From contig CM052817.1 of assembly GCA_028534125.1 (NCBI GenBank), positions 21,888,001 through 21,952,000 of the forward strand: DNA of 64,000 nt, given 5' to 3'. This DNA comes from Lama glama (lineage: Eukaryota). The translations under genes and the position numbers were made by a program. Of this stretch, positions 1 to 13,525 are shown in pieces. Within the stretch, counting starts at the first letter, position 1. The number at the start of each line of letters is the position of its first letter. A model generated the notes under the pieces. It was not told where the DNA came from. It searched no databases and worked only from the letters and a program-made list of their open reading frames with translations.

Positions 1-456
1 CTCAACAACCACAAGTTTGTATTCTGTGTCTATGAGTCTGTTTCTGTTTTGTACTTACGTTTTGTTTGTTTTGTTTTGTTTTGTTTTTAAATTCTTCATA
101 TGAACGATCTCATACGGTATTTTTCTTTCTCTTTCTGGCTTACGTCACTTAGAATGACATTCTCCAGGAACATCCATGTTCCTGCAAATGGTGTTATGTT
201 GTCGGTTTTTATGGCTGAATAGTACTCTATCGTATAAATATACCACAGCTTCTTTACTCAGTCATCTGTTGATGGTCATCCAGGCCACTTCCATGTCCTG
301 GCTATTGTAAATAGTGCTGCTATGAACATTGGGGTGCAGGTGTCATTTTGAAGTAGGGTTCCTTCTGGATTTATGCCCATGAGTGGGATTCCTCGGTCAC
401 ATGGTAAGTCTATTCCTAGTCTTTTGAGGAATCTCCATACTGTTTTCCACGATGGC
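1..456 (-). mobile_element. Young LINE-1 3' part (ORF2 C-terminus plus 3' UTR), runs off the window start
   Basis: Minus ORF 276-488 reads [35 protein letters not shown], typical L1 ORF2 C-terminus; very similar to 19770-20215. Confidence 0.95.
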
Positions 457-653
457 AACACCTGCTTTTTTGGCTTTTCCATTTGCATGGAATATCCTTT
501 TCCATCCTTTCACTCTCAATCTGTATATGTCCTTCTCCCTAAAGTGGGTCTCTTGTATGCAGCATATTGAAGGTTCTTGCTTTATTATCCAGTCTGCCAC
601 TCTATGTCTTTTGACTGGAGTATTTAGTCCATTAACATTTACAGTAATTAATG
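457..653 (-). mobile_element. LINE-1 ORF2 N-terminus (APE-like endonuclease domain), interrupted by gap
   Basis: Minus strand translates LITVNVNGLNTPVKRHRVADWIIKQEPSICCIQETHFREKDIYRLRVKGWKRIFHANGKAKKAGVAI, containing the NVNGL and CIQET endonuclease motifs. Confidence 0.95.
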
Positions 654-1153
654 NNNNNNNNNNNNNNNNNNNNNNNNNNNNNNNNNNNNNNNNNNNNNNN
701 NNNNNNNNNNNNNNNNNNNNNNNNNNNNNNNNNNNNNNNNNNNNNNNNNNNNNNNNNNNNNNNNNNNNNNNNNNNNNNNNNNNNNNNNNNNNNNNNNNNN
801 NNNNNNNNNNNNNNNNNNNNNNNNNNNNNNNNNNNNNNNNNNNNNNNNNNNNNNNNNNNNNNNNNNNNNNNNNNNNNNNNNNNNNNNNNNNNNNNNNNNN
901 NNNNNNNNNNNNNNNNNNNNNNNNNNNNNNNNNNNNNNNNNNNNNNNNNNNNNNNNNNNNNNNNNNNNNNNNNNNNNNNNNNNNNNNNNNNNNNNNNNNN
1001 NNNNNNNNNNNNNNNNNNNNNNNNNNNNNNNNNNNNNNNNNNNNNNNNNNNNNNNNNNNNNNNNNNNNNNNNNNNNNNNNNNNNNNNNNNNNNNNNNNNN
1101 NNNNNNNNNNNNNNNNNNNNNNNNNNNNNNNNNNNNNNNNNNNNNNNNNNNNN
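654..1153. other. Assembly gap (500 N)
   Basis: Run of N. Confidence 1.
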
Positions 1154-2469
1154 AAAAAAAAAATAGACCAAGATACTACAAAGAAAATACCTGTTTGGCA
1201 CTTAGCAATTCTCTTTATCTCTACCTCTGTGAGTGTAATTTACTGTGTTTCTTGTTGATGTTGCTGCTTAGTAATTAAAGAACTTTGAACCAATGCTCAG
1301 AAACCCAAAAGGAAGAAAATGAATGGCTGCACATTAGTTTAAGCATGGATTTGAGGATGTAATTTATTTATGAACTAATGAATTAATTCATGAGAATCTG
1401 GATGTGGTTATGGGATTAAGGTTCTTTGCTCTGTAATCTTTGTTCTGAAAACGTATAGTTTAGAGGTTTTAGCCAGCTGGTGACTAAGACCATTAAATGT
1501 AAGCCAGGTTGGTTTCTTTTTTTTCACTCACACAGTCACCTCAAAGCCAAACATAAGGACTACCTTCTGTCAAAATCAATATGCTTTTGAGGACAAATGT
1601 ATTTCATAGAAAAATGTTAAGCTTATTCCAGACAACCTTCCTGTTTTCTTTTCAGGTCAAGCCTTTTTTAAAATTAAGTAAGCAATAATCTAAGTATGAA
1701 TCTATGATTACAGAATAAGATCCTGAGAAATATTACACAATGAAAATGTGATGCAAAAATCTCAATTTTTCGGAAACTAGTAACTACCTATGTACACAAG
1801 CACTCCAGAATATAGTTTGAGACTGCTGCTACTGAAGCCCTTCTTTCAAAGATGTTGAAAAGGTAAACAATTTCTTTTACCAAAGATATTGATTAGGATC
1901 AGAAATGCTCAAAATCTTGAAGACATTTAAACTTTAAAGTGTTGTCTCTAAGGTCTTGCATAATTTTAAGACAAAAAGAGTAAAGCAGTTAAGGGGAGAC
2001 TGAGACATTTGATCAGATAAAATGTGTTTCTTACACAGAGTCTAGATTAGCAGATGGCTTGAGTTTCTGCTTCCACTCCCAGAGACTGATATCCATAATC
2101 ATTGCTGGGGAAACGTGCCATTGGCCAGCAACTCCCAGAGACAGCAGATAGGAGGTAAAGAAGTTCCATCTCTTGTGTTCTTAAAAGCCTTAAGTGGGTT
2201 GTTTCCATCCTGAAGTCTAGCATGAAGAAGATAGCCTTGCAGTTGACATTGTTAAATATGAAAAACTCAAAAGCAATAATGTAAATAAATCTAAGCAATC
2301 AATCATAGAGAGACTCAAATGTAAAGTTCAAATCTTTTATCTTCTTAAGACCCCTGTAACAATGCCCAAGAATTAACAGGTGAAGTAGACTCTCTTCTTA
2401 CTTTTACAGAAAGTAAGCTATATTTTTTTAGTGACCACCCCCCATACCGATTTTGTTAGCGTGAATTAT

Positions 2470-2600
2470 TTATTTGTATATGTGTTCCATTTACTCAAGA
2501 AGTCCGAGAGTTCCTGGAGAATTGGCACCAGTTCTATATCCTTCTCACAGTCCTTTGCACATGGAAATTATTAAGTAAACATTTTCTAATTAATGAATAA
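2470..2600 (+). mobile_element. L2 3' end remnant
   Basis: cacagtcctttgcacatgg...aagtaaacattttctaattaatgaataaa resembles the L2 3' terminus. Confidence 0.5.
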
Positions 2601-3719
2601 ACAATGGAGCAGCACATTAACTAAGGGCAGCTAAGCTACAAAATTACTAACTGTCATTAAGCTGATAATAGGACATGATTAGGAAAAACACAATAGATTT
2701 GTTTTAGTGAAGAGAAGGTTTGGCAAGTGGCAACTTGGGGGCATTTCAGCTGTAGAAGTTTGAGCTGGTGAAAGGCAGAATGAGGGCTTGCATTGCCTGG
2801 GGAGGCTATTGAGGAAGTGATTGTTGGGACGAAGAGCAGGGGAAAGGGAAAGCAGTGAATTACTTCACTTACTTTACTGTTTTTCTCAGACTTGGCTCTG
2901 AAAATGGATTTCAAAAAAAGCAAAATGCCCTGATTTATATAACTATAATTATAATAATGACAATAAAAATAATAAGTGGTATTTACTGTTTATTAAATAG
3001 TGAGCATACTTGCCTGAGAACATACAAGATAGAATTTTCTTTTTGCTTTTTACCATTATCTTATGAGTTTCTTCTCCTCTGATATGGTACATGTGCAGTC
3101 TTATATGATTGTCAATAGGGCTTGGTGTTAAAGAGTGTGGACTCTGAATTTAGAATGCCTGCACTTCACTGTTATTAACCGAATGACAGGACCAACACAC
3201 AGCATAAGGCTTTATAATTGAGGTTATATATGTAGAACATACTAAGGACTAAAGTTGGAGCCAGAAAGTTGAACCAGCTTGCCCAAAGGCACTCAGATGA
3301 GTGGAAGAAGGCTGGATGCTCACCCAAAATGTTAAGAAAGACTAAAGAAAAAAACGTATGTTGGATAGGCAACCAAGAGTGTACAGTACATTCTGCCTCT
3401 GACTACTCAGTGAGGCAGGTTACTAATCCTAACAGAATTAATCACTCACTTAACCGAGAGAAATCCCTTACCCTCAAGCTCTCCACCCTAGTTTACCACA
3501 AGGTAAAGCAGAGTGGGAGAAGTGATAGGAAATTGGGAGAAAGAAAATCCGTTGCCAGCAGGTGTTAAGGCTAGAATTTAAATGCAATTATTACAGCATT
3601 TATTAAGCAATAATAGGTATCAAAATGTGAGAAATCAGATGGAAGTTAATGAAGTAATGTCAGGGTTCACATTAAAACTAAGACATTTAGACACATTTGC
3701 AAAGCAGCAAGATATACAA

Positions 3720-3930
3720 GTTGAAAGCACAGGCTTAGGAAACAATTACCTGAGATTCAGATACTGCATCTTCCTTTGATTAACTATACCACTTCTCTCT
3801 ACCTGCATGTTTTCCTCTGTAAAACAAGGATACCATTAACATACACTGCATGTGGTGGTTGGGAAGAGTAAATGGGACAATCCAAATTAAAGTGCCTGGC
3901 CCCAAATAAATGACCAATTAAATATGTTTT
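3720..3930 (+). mobile_element. MIR SINE
   Basis: gttttcctctgtaaaacaaggatacc...gaagagtaaatgggacaat...aaagtgcctggc resembles MIR core and tail. Confidence 0.65.
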
Positions 3931-5249
3931 GTAATATCATATGAAATAATTTCTTCTTGACCTGGCCTTGGAAATTCATCTAATTAGAAATGCATATTTG
4001 TCTCTATTTCTCCATAATATCAGAAATATAAAATTATAGATCTAATTATAACAACTAAGAAACTTATGTTGTAATGAACAAAGTGCCATTTATTTCAGCT
4101 TTGAAACTTTATGAATGCTAAAGAAGGAAACATGACATTATTTGACTAGAACAGGTATTTCATTTTTATATAAATCTATGTCTCTCAGATAATATTTGGG
4201 TATTAAAATAGATACATAAAATTATGTTCTACCATATTACTGCATTAAGCAAACCCTGATGTACTTGTTAATTAAAGCCTTGAAAATGTTAACACCAGAC
4301 AGTTTAAATGTCAGCAAACTATGAACATAGCTAATTAAAATTTAAGAGCAATATTTACATGATGGTTTTCATAGGAAATATGTTTATATTTAACTTATGA
4401 GGAGGAATGATCATTCAACTAGAATGCCATGGTGTGGCCTTAACAATTGTTTACGGCTTCTGTTCTGAATGGTTGGTGTATTTAGGTGCCTTGTTTATGT
4501 GTTCTGAATTCAAACACGCTATACAAAACCCTGGATTAATTTTATAAAAAAAAATCTGACACAAGTGTTAATGCAACAGTGTGACCAATTTTCCTTTTTA
4601 ATTCCATTTTCTAATAGTAAATTCTTTCCTAAAAGATGCACTCATTGAGGACAGTTAGACACACATATGGAACATGCATTTTGCTAAAGTGTGATAGATA
4701 ATATTGAATGGTACTGAAAGTCTGAAAGTCCACATCTAAATTTTCTTTGACAATATTGGAAGTATATAACCTCTTTGATTTCAATTAAAAGCTGAAAATT
4801 CTTATTTTATACTAGATTTTATTAGTTTTTAAATGATGTAATATGGTAACAAATACAGAAATATTTTGAAAAACAGTACTGCTTAAAGTCATGCTGAGTA
4901 TTATGCATATTTTATCCCTTTGACAAGTGGAACCAAATAATCCCCATTACTTTCTTACTTGTTGTCAATGTGCAAAAAAATTGGACTCTTTAATTTTTGT
5001 TTTATACATATGTTTGAATATAATGGAATTTATATTTGTCAAATATTTAATGCCAGTATACTAGCATAACAAGACTTCTCATATATTTTTCTCACATATT
5101 TTTAAACCAAATTCATTATCACTTTTTGCATATTATTTTTTCTATGAACATTACATTTAAACATATGAAATAAGAAATAAAAAAGATATCTTGATTCATC
5201 AATAATAATGGAAGTAAAATTCTAATAAGAATGAAGGTGATAATTTTGG

Positions 5250-5400
5250 GGGATACTTAATGTGTCTCAGACCTCATCTTAAGCATATAACATTTAAGCC
5301 ACACATAGTCTTAAATTACAGATAATCTGCTTCTCATTTACAGTGGAAGACACTCGTGCTAAGAAAGGACACAGAGCCTGGGGTCACCCTGTTAATCACA
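5250..5400 (-). mobile_element. MIR SINE fragment
   Basis: ctcatttacagtggaagacact...gcctggggtcacc resembles antisense MIR core. Confidence 0.5.
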
Positions 5401-6169
5401 TAATACAAAAGGTGGACATTTATTTAGTATTAAATTGAGTATGACATGCTTATCTTGATGTTGGGGGCTTCCTTACATAATCGAAAATAAATATATGCAT
5501 TTTTTGGCTAAGTCTGATGGAGAACTATATAATTTCTACTGAACAGAACTATATTATTTCTAGTCTCTTAAATATCTATAAAAATACAAATGTATTTAGA
5601 GAGACAGCAAGGTCAATTTTAACCTGATGTATTCATAAAATTGAAATTGCCAAGCAGAACAAGTTGAAAATGCAATGTACAACATTTTCATATGAGCACA
5701 CTGAATTTAATTTATAAGTGAATTTTTAGTATAGATCTTTCAAAATGTGAACAAATTTTAAGAAACCAAAATTTGATCCCTAAAACTAGTGTACAGAAGT
5801 AAAGTTCCAGAAAACTCCCTTAGTTCCAGAAAACTCCATTGTTTACATTACTTACGTATCCACCTAGGGATTTCTCCTATCTGAATCAACCCCTCTTAGC
5901 AAAATATTTTTAAAGTATCCCCAAAGCTTTTATAAATTTATTGTAACTGCATTTTTTCACTATTTCTGTAATCTGCCTTCCTCCCAGGAGAAGTGAAGAA
6001 CCTTGGATGTAATACCTCCAGAAATACTCTTTTTTTATTATTTATCATAAGTATTAATTATTTGTGGAAATCATGCACGGAAACCAATAAATGGTCATCA
6101 GCCATCAAAATGCAATTCAACCTGACATAGGAAAAAAAAGCCCTTGTTTCAAGTAGTAAAATGATGGGA

Positions 6170-6580
6170 AAAGCAGGGCTCAGCACAAAAATAGCAGCAG
6201 TGCTTAGATGTCTCAGTACCATGTTCCCTTCCAACTTTTTCTACACAGTTGGAAGTAAGACCACTTATATAACTAGACATGCATCTGCCATCAGAGGATA
6301 GCATGTTAGGAATACTAGTGGAGGGTGCCAGTTGGCCTAGTGTGGATCAGAGGCCCATTCTGGAAGTCACTGATGGTCTGGCTTTTCAGTGAGCTGGGGT
6401 ATGTATTTAACTCATCTTCAGTAGATCCTAGCCATTAAATCACTGAATCCAAACAGCCTGAACATGGGAGATGACAAATTCCATTAGATCACAGTAGTAA
6501 ATGAGAGAGCTAGGCACATTTTGTAGTAGACACAGAGTGCTGGTAAGGAGGAACAGCATAAATGTGTCCTTTACCACCTA
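6170..6580 (-). mobile_element. Probable old MaLR (MLT1-type) LTR remnant
   Basis: Locally higher GC with an MLT1-like terminal part; highly diverged. Confidence 0.3.
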
Positions 6581-6609
6581 AAATTGAAATTAGGTACTTA
6601 CGGGTAATG

Positions 6610-6715
6610 TCTTTCCCATTAGACTGTGAATTCTGGTTCTTGGCTTAAGAATGATATCTTTGAAATGTCAAAATCTACTATAGAACCTGGCACATATGTG
6701 TGCTCAATAAATAGA
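6610..6715 (+). mobile_element. L2 3' end
   Basis: cccattagactgtgaattc...agaacctggcacatatgtgtgctcaataaata. Confidence 0.7.
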
Positions 6716-7614
6716 ACCACATTTAATACAGGATTAAGATTATATAAACTACTTCTTCAGTAATGGTTTAAATTCTATTGGTTATTGGTTACAGTAGTTA
6801 TATTGTGCTATTTATTTCTTAGCTCTAAAGCAAATCATTTGCTTATGTTTACACTTCAAAATTTCCTTTGTTATATCAATCATACTAATGAAACTTAGTC
6901 TTCCTTCTTTTTCAGAATATGAATCAGTAATGAATTTACATTTTAGTTTAATTCAGTAAACGTGTAATCTTCTTCTGGTCTTGGAGATTTGTCTTTTTAT
7001 TTTTTTAATAATATTAAAATAACAAGAATCATCCTTCATACAAGCTCCTTTTCTCAGCCTATAACCATTCAATAGACTTTGTTAAAAGGAATACCTTCCA
7101 AAAGGGATTTTGGTTCCAAAAATATTTTCAGGCACATTAAAAGATGATGATTCTTAGCAATAGGGAGCTATCACAAACACATATTGTTAACATTTAATAA
7201 TAATTAATTAAATGTGCGCTAGAGCAGGTTATATTATGAAGTGATTAAAAACATCCACCAAGGAGTAGTTTTTTGCCTTGTTAGTTTCTTTTTTCTAATC
7301 CCTGAAGAAAGGATTAGGATTATGTTTCTAAATAGTTTTGTATTGCAGCATTCTCTTCTAAGGCTTGAATAGTTTTAAAAGCTACAGATTTATTTTGCAT
7401 TTACATCCTTCTAATTTTATTGCTTGTATCAAATGATACATAGAACAAGTATAGATTCTATCATGTTTTGTAGACCTTTTATATTCTCTACTTGCTCTTA
7501 CCTTTATTTTCTATAATTGACTTCTCATATATAATTCATTACTAAAATTATTTATGAAGAAATGTCATCAGATATTTTCATTAGATATTATGTTAGACTG
7601 TGGCTAACTTGCCT

Positions 7615-7740
7615 GTAGGTATTTATTAACCCTCTCCTCACTTTAAAGATGTGGAAACAAAGGGAACAGAGATATGAATTACTTTACTCAAGGTCACACG
7701 ATGGGTAAAACATCAAAGCAGTACCTAGAATTTGTCCATT
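7615..7740 (-). mobile_element. MIR SINE fragment
   Basis: ctttaaagatgtggaaacaaagggaacagaga...tactcaaggtcacac. Confidence 0.65.
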
Positions 7741-10700
7741 TCATTAAATATAATGTAGTAGAAAGCTATCATAATTATAAGAACCCATTATACAAGACAC
7801 TGCTCTGGACTCTAAAGAAGTAGAAATGAATGTTATCTAAGGCATGCGGGTCATTTTGTCTGAAAAACAGAGACAATCTAGGGTATGGAAAGGTCCCCAA
7901 AAGGTTCTTACATACATCCTGTGTTACCAATGTAAATTCTGTGAATTTCCTTTCACTTTATACATTTTTTCTGTTAAACATTAAAAAACAATGTTTTATT
8001 TTCAATATGCTGATTTATATTATTTTGAGGAAAAGACATAGCTTTTCATTGCTTGGAATATTCATTTTAGTTCTTCTCATTTACTACCTTGAAAATTTAA
8101 ATGAGGTGTATTTAGCCAAGTCATTTTAATTTTCACTTTTGAGTCCTACTGTCTGTTTTAATGTATTTTTTTTCCTACATGAAAAAATAAGAGGAAAGCC
8201 TATGATTAGAAACCATGAAATAAATTATTTACTTTTTAAATTTATTTATACATTTATTTAATTTGGAAAATACTCCTTGGGAACAGTGGCAGAAAAATAC
8301 CTTTTTATTTGAGACTGGGATTTTTTGGTGGCAGTGCTGGTCTAGTCATAGCTTGTGAAGCAAAATTTCTGGACAGGACTAGCCCTCCACATGCTATTAC
8401 AGACAGCAAAATTATCCTTCCCCTGGCACATTTGCAAGAGGCAGCTCTTAGAAAGTAAACTCTCTCTGCGGGCTATTGAAATGCACACTGATCTCATGAA
8501 AAGAATAGTGCAGCTGGTACCATGGAAGGAAGACAGTCAGATCCTTTTTGATGGAAAAATGAAGTCAGACCAAGCTTGCCTCCTTTCTTTTACAAAATGT
8601 AATTATGTAAACCACAAAGCTCCGTTATAGACAATGTTTATAATTAGTACTATTTTCCCTTTAATTTTAAATAAAGCATGCTAGTTGTGAATGTCATGCC
8701 AACATATTTTCTACAGATGCTATAAACAATGAACAATCAGAAATCCATTTGGGTTGTTTTTGTAGTTATTATTTCAAATTGTGAAAACTCATAATAAAAA
8801 TCAATGTAATGAACAAACACCATTATATGTTGATAAACATCATACTCTTTCAATTTCAGACAAAGCCAATGAATATTAATCAGATCTTTGACTCTAAAAT
8901 GATGACATCAAATGGGATTTCCAGTACCTATTATGTTCCCTCATAGTTCAGTTCTAAAAAGGCCACTGAAATGATTTATTGTATTCATATCTCAAAAGTT
9001 TTCAGAATTGCATTAACATATTTATCATATGCAAAGGCAAAGAAAATATTAGCTTGATAGTGAAATGGCCTGATTTCAAGACCTTGCTTGCCCTCAGGCA
9101 AACATTTTAATCTTTGGTGGTCTCATTACATGAGGTTCTAAGTTTTATCTTACTTTTTGAATATACATAAGCTGTGAATTATGGAAACTGATGATAGAAG
9201 TTGTCAGGAAAAGATGTAAATTACAGAGTAAGTAATTACAAGTAAGTGTAGATTTACTTTCAGATTCTAAACAATAGCAAACGTCGGTTTGATTTTAGAA
9301 GCATCTGCTGAGTTTAGATAGCAGTGTATCTCAGTTATCTAGACTTGGTTTTATTATTTATTGTATAACCATGAACTAAGAATTCACTGTCTTTACTCTT
9401 TGGTTTCCTCATGTATGAAATAATAAGCACTGTGTAGTCTCAACAGTGGCTTTATGGTACACCATTCCATCCTCTGTGCATCAGTATAGACATAGGCAAC
9501 CTTACAAAGTTTGGCCATGGCTATGTCTACATTAGAATTTCAACTCCTCAACTCCATACTTACAGATTTAATGTTATTTGTTGTGCCACTAATAACGGTT
9601 TATATACAGAATTATGAGAAATGACTGTAAAAATACAATAGAGATGTGGTTACAATGTTAGACAAGATTGAGTGTTAAAAAAATTAATGTAAACTCTATA
9701 ACTCATGTCTAAATCCTCCTTCATGTAAACCACTGTAATTATTCAAATACTGGTTTATTTGGTTGTACTTAGACAATTGAACACTACCAAATCAAAGCCT
9801 CTTATTTAAAAATGGACTAGAATTTCACATGTACTTAATGTCTAAGAATATATCTATATATAGATAAAGCCAGATTTTATATAATCCATATGGTTGTGAC
9901 TCTATAAGAAGTTTACCCCTAATTCTCTTATTTCCTTCAGTTCCTGTCTGTCTGACTTTTGGTTATTTCATTACTTCATAACGTTTTTACTAGCAACTAA
10001 GCAGGGACAGGTGAAAAAGGTGAAAATTAAATCAGTCAATGTTGTTTCTTGTGTTAGCATAACTGATAAGGAAGAGCTTGAAAATAGTGTCCAAAATGAA
10101 GTCTTTAAATATTTATGAATAGCCACTATATCAAATTACCCATGTCTCCCTTAACTGTAGAGAATCAAAAGCTAACAAATTTACGACTAGACTTCAGTAC
10201 GTTTACTTGGATGAAAGAAGTATAACACTATGCAGGTAGTTTTCAGCTGCCACGACATCAAAAATATTATGTGAATTATAACTTCTATATAGCAGACTTA
10301 TACTGTATACTGTAGTATTCTATGTGCTTTACATTGACAGTTTTAATTCATCTTAATTCTTCCATAGTATGTTCTATATCCTCCATTTTCTTTAACTCCA
10401 TGGTGTTTTTCAATCTTTTGTTTAATAGAAATGAATGTGCGACACAATGGGTTAAATCAGAGGAGGCTGCTCCCTGCTGAGGATAACTGTGCACTGTCCT
10501 GCAAGCAGTAGTGACACACCAGCTAGGAAGCTATAGAGGGCGATCCAGAGGAGAGAGACATCGTGCTTTCTTCTCTGCAGTACTTCCCTCATTCTGTCCA
10601 CCTTATGACTTGCTTTTCTTTCACCAAAATGGCCACGTGCAAATTGATTCTTAGAAACCTTCTGAACATCTTTTATTTAGAAAAACCACAGAAAAGGCTA

Positions 10701-10747
10701 ACTCCTTATTTGGAATCAGGATGACAGCCTTATTCCACCCCAGAGCC

Positions 10748-11405
10748 AAGGGCTAGCTACATAATTTGCAGGGCCAGAGTAAAAGGAAAAATGTTGCAAA
10801 AATCCAATGCACTGTGGGTGAATGATTCCCCAGGATCTCAATCTTCATCCCCAGATACAGTTATCAGGATCAGGAATGAAAGAAGGGCTCCTGCAGAGAC
10901 ACCTGCCAGATATGCTGTGCTGTGGTGCTGTCATCTCAAGGGAGAGGAGGTTGTGTTGCCCCACCCTAGGAGCCCATGAGGCATGCATCTGACCTGACAG
11001 TCCCTGTACCCACACTCCCAGCAGGGACAAAATGTGATGGTAGAATACAGGACTCCCTGCTCCAGTGATGCAACCCAGTTGCAGCCCTAGGCAGAGGGCA
11101 GCTACAGATACAAACCAGGTGTTGGAAGAAGGAGTCTGAGTGGGGACCAAGGTGTCAGAAGGTCAGAAATGGACAGAGAAGTACCCTCCCTGGGAAGGTT
11201 GAGGACAGTAGAAAGCAGGGTTACATGAGCCAAGATTCCAAGCTCACAGTGCAGGCTCCATTGTCCCATCAAACTGCACTTACAAAACACACATTGGAAG
11301 AGAAAGTTATTGAGACTTTCAACATAATGAAAGCAGAACATTAAATCCCAAGACCCTTCTGAATGTGGGGACCTGTATGACTACACATCTTAAATCTGTC
11401 TATGA
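10748..11405 (+). mobile_element. MER45-family (hAT-Tip100) non-autonomous DNA transposon
   Basis: 5' end agggctagctacataatttgcagggccagagtaaaaggaaaa and 3' end cccttctgaatgtggggacctgtatgactacaca match recalled MER45 termini; GC-rich interior. Confidence 0.75.
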
Positions 11406-11644
11406 CCACTAAGATGAAGGAAGTTACATAATTAACCCAAGAACACATATATGACAAAATCAGAATCAGAATCTGTGTTCTTGGCTTTCAAACTCATATT
11501 TTTCTACTCTGTTACCCTGATTATCTGAAAACTTAATGTGGTGTTTATTCCACCAATATTCTCCATTATCATAAGATATTTGTTTAATGTATGCTTTCTG
11601 CCAGAAGGGGCATGACTAGAAACAGTTTATTTCCCTTAGTAGAG

Positions 11645-12160
11645 AGTATCAGTGAGAACTCTTCTGATTACATCAACACCTTGCATTAGGTTAAGAAAAC
11701 CATAAGAAACTTGCTACAGAGACAAAGGATGCATATCTCAGAATATATAGGGGCCTCAAAAATGGACTGAAGCTGTGCATAGGGATCTAGTGCATTTTCC
11801 CTCCTACTCTGCTCATTTCAGCATGCTTTATGAGCATTTCTAAACGAGTCTTTCTGTTGCTGCTTTTCTCAAATTACAGATGGAATTTGTTCAATATACA
11901 CTGAGTTTTTATATCATTGGTCCTATTACCCAAAAGAGAATGCCCGATACTTTTATTCTCAATTCTAAATCCCTGAGAAAGGGACTGATTGACGTATTCT
12001 TTGTCATAATCACCCCACCCCTACCCTTCAAGAGCAGCTGCTCAGGAATATTAATATAGCAAGGAAAGGACTTTTATGGAGCTGCCCAATAACCATATAT
12101 ATGAACAGAACAGTTCCTAGAAATGAGAGGCCCACAGGCAACTTGTAGGTTTCACCGTGG
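11645..12160 (-). mobile_element. Old MaLR LTR (MLT1K/L-like)
   Basis: aattctaaatccctgagaaagggactgattg and cagttcctagaa resemble antisense MLT1 motifs. Confidence 0.5.
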
Positions 12161-13384
12161 ATGGCATGGCTCTGTGGCGTAAGATCTTGTTTGATTTATT
12201 ATGAAATTTTGTGGTGGCATCACTCATTCCTCAAACCAACTAGGTGTCAAATAGATTTTTGAAATATCACGGTAAATTTGTTCTATTTCTCAACTTTATA
12301 CATGAGCCTAGATGACTTTAACTAAGCTCCACATCAGTCCCTATTTATACAAAGAGCAAAACTGTCATTTTTTTTATTTGCAGTGTATTTGTGACTTGAC
12401 AGGCCTCCCATTCCTCTTGATGATACACTTTATTGAAAGAGTAAAAATGCTGGAAGGTGAAATACAATGCAGACCATCCCATAGCTGTCGATGAATGTCA
12501 TTTTAGTTCCTGCTGGGATTTCTAGTTTGTCAGAAATCGCCAGAAGTCAAGAGAACTATTTAAACTATGTATATATCCTACACACCAACTGGGGCCACTG
12601 GGTACCTAAGAAACCTCTAAGAGCAGTGTCAGATGTTCATGCTAAACAGTACCTACTGCCAGAAGGTTAATGCTGTCCAAGGAGAGCTACCTTAAGGGAA
12701 TTATGCTCCTGAGGTTTAAAGGAAAACACAGCCTCTGTGAACCTGAATTTCATCTGCTTGTATAAAATTGCAGATTGCATACTTCTCTACTGTGTGTCCT
12801 CAGCCTTTGCAGTAGAATCTGGGGGCTTTGTGATGGAAGTTTGAAACATAGTGCTGATGCGTTTGACAGAATGATGTGTCTTCAAAGTTTTATATCATGC
12901 TTTTACATTTTGTAGCTTTAGTGACGTTCTACATCACATTACCGTCTCCATCTATAAATTTTCCTGAAAGTCAAAGCTTTCATTACTTTGGTGCAATATT
13001 CACATACATGATCTTGATTTGGGGGAATACTTTCTTTCTTTATAAAATGATTTGAATCATCTTAAATTCCTATTGATTTATTCATAATCTTTGATTAACT
13101 AAGTTATCACGTACCTTTGGAGGAGACAAAGACTATCAGGCCAATAGAATGAGGCTTACGAAAAGTGATTAGTGTTACTAAATCATTCTGAGGAAATACC
13201 CAGAATCTGGATGGAATTTTCATAGATACCACTCTCTTGTCTCCACTTTACAACAGGTAAGAAATATTTTTTTAATGTACAAATTGTTAAAAGTCTGCAT
13301 TGGTTAATTGAAGGCAAGCCACTCGCAAAGATACATTGATAAAAAGACCAAAAATAAAACAACCTGTGACTTTTTGGGGGGATT

Positions 13385-13525
13385 AACTTGGGTTCCAATT
13401 CCAGTCCTTAAACTTCCTAATTCTTTGCTGTTGAGAAAGTTACTTGCTCTCTTTATTTTTCCATCAGTAAAGTGGGGGAAGACTGATTACATCTGCCCTG
13501 TGTAAAAATCAAGTAAGAGATTATC
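13385..13525 (+). mobile_element. MIR SINE
   Basis: cttgggttccaattccagtc...gaaagttacttgctctct...ccatcagtaaagtggg. Confidence 0.65.

Noticed and set aside
452..1258. Long ORFs crossing N-runs (also 20175-21191, 27367-27702, 59545-60153)
   Set aside because: Length comes from untranslatable N; the only real coding parts are L1 ORF2.
10748..11340. GC-rich block as promoter or CpG island
   Set aside because: Almost no CpG; explained by the MER45-family transposon.
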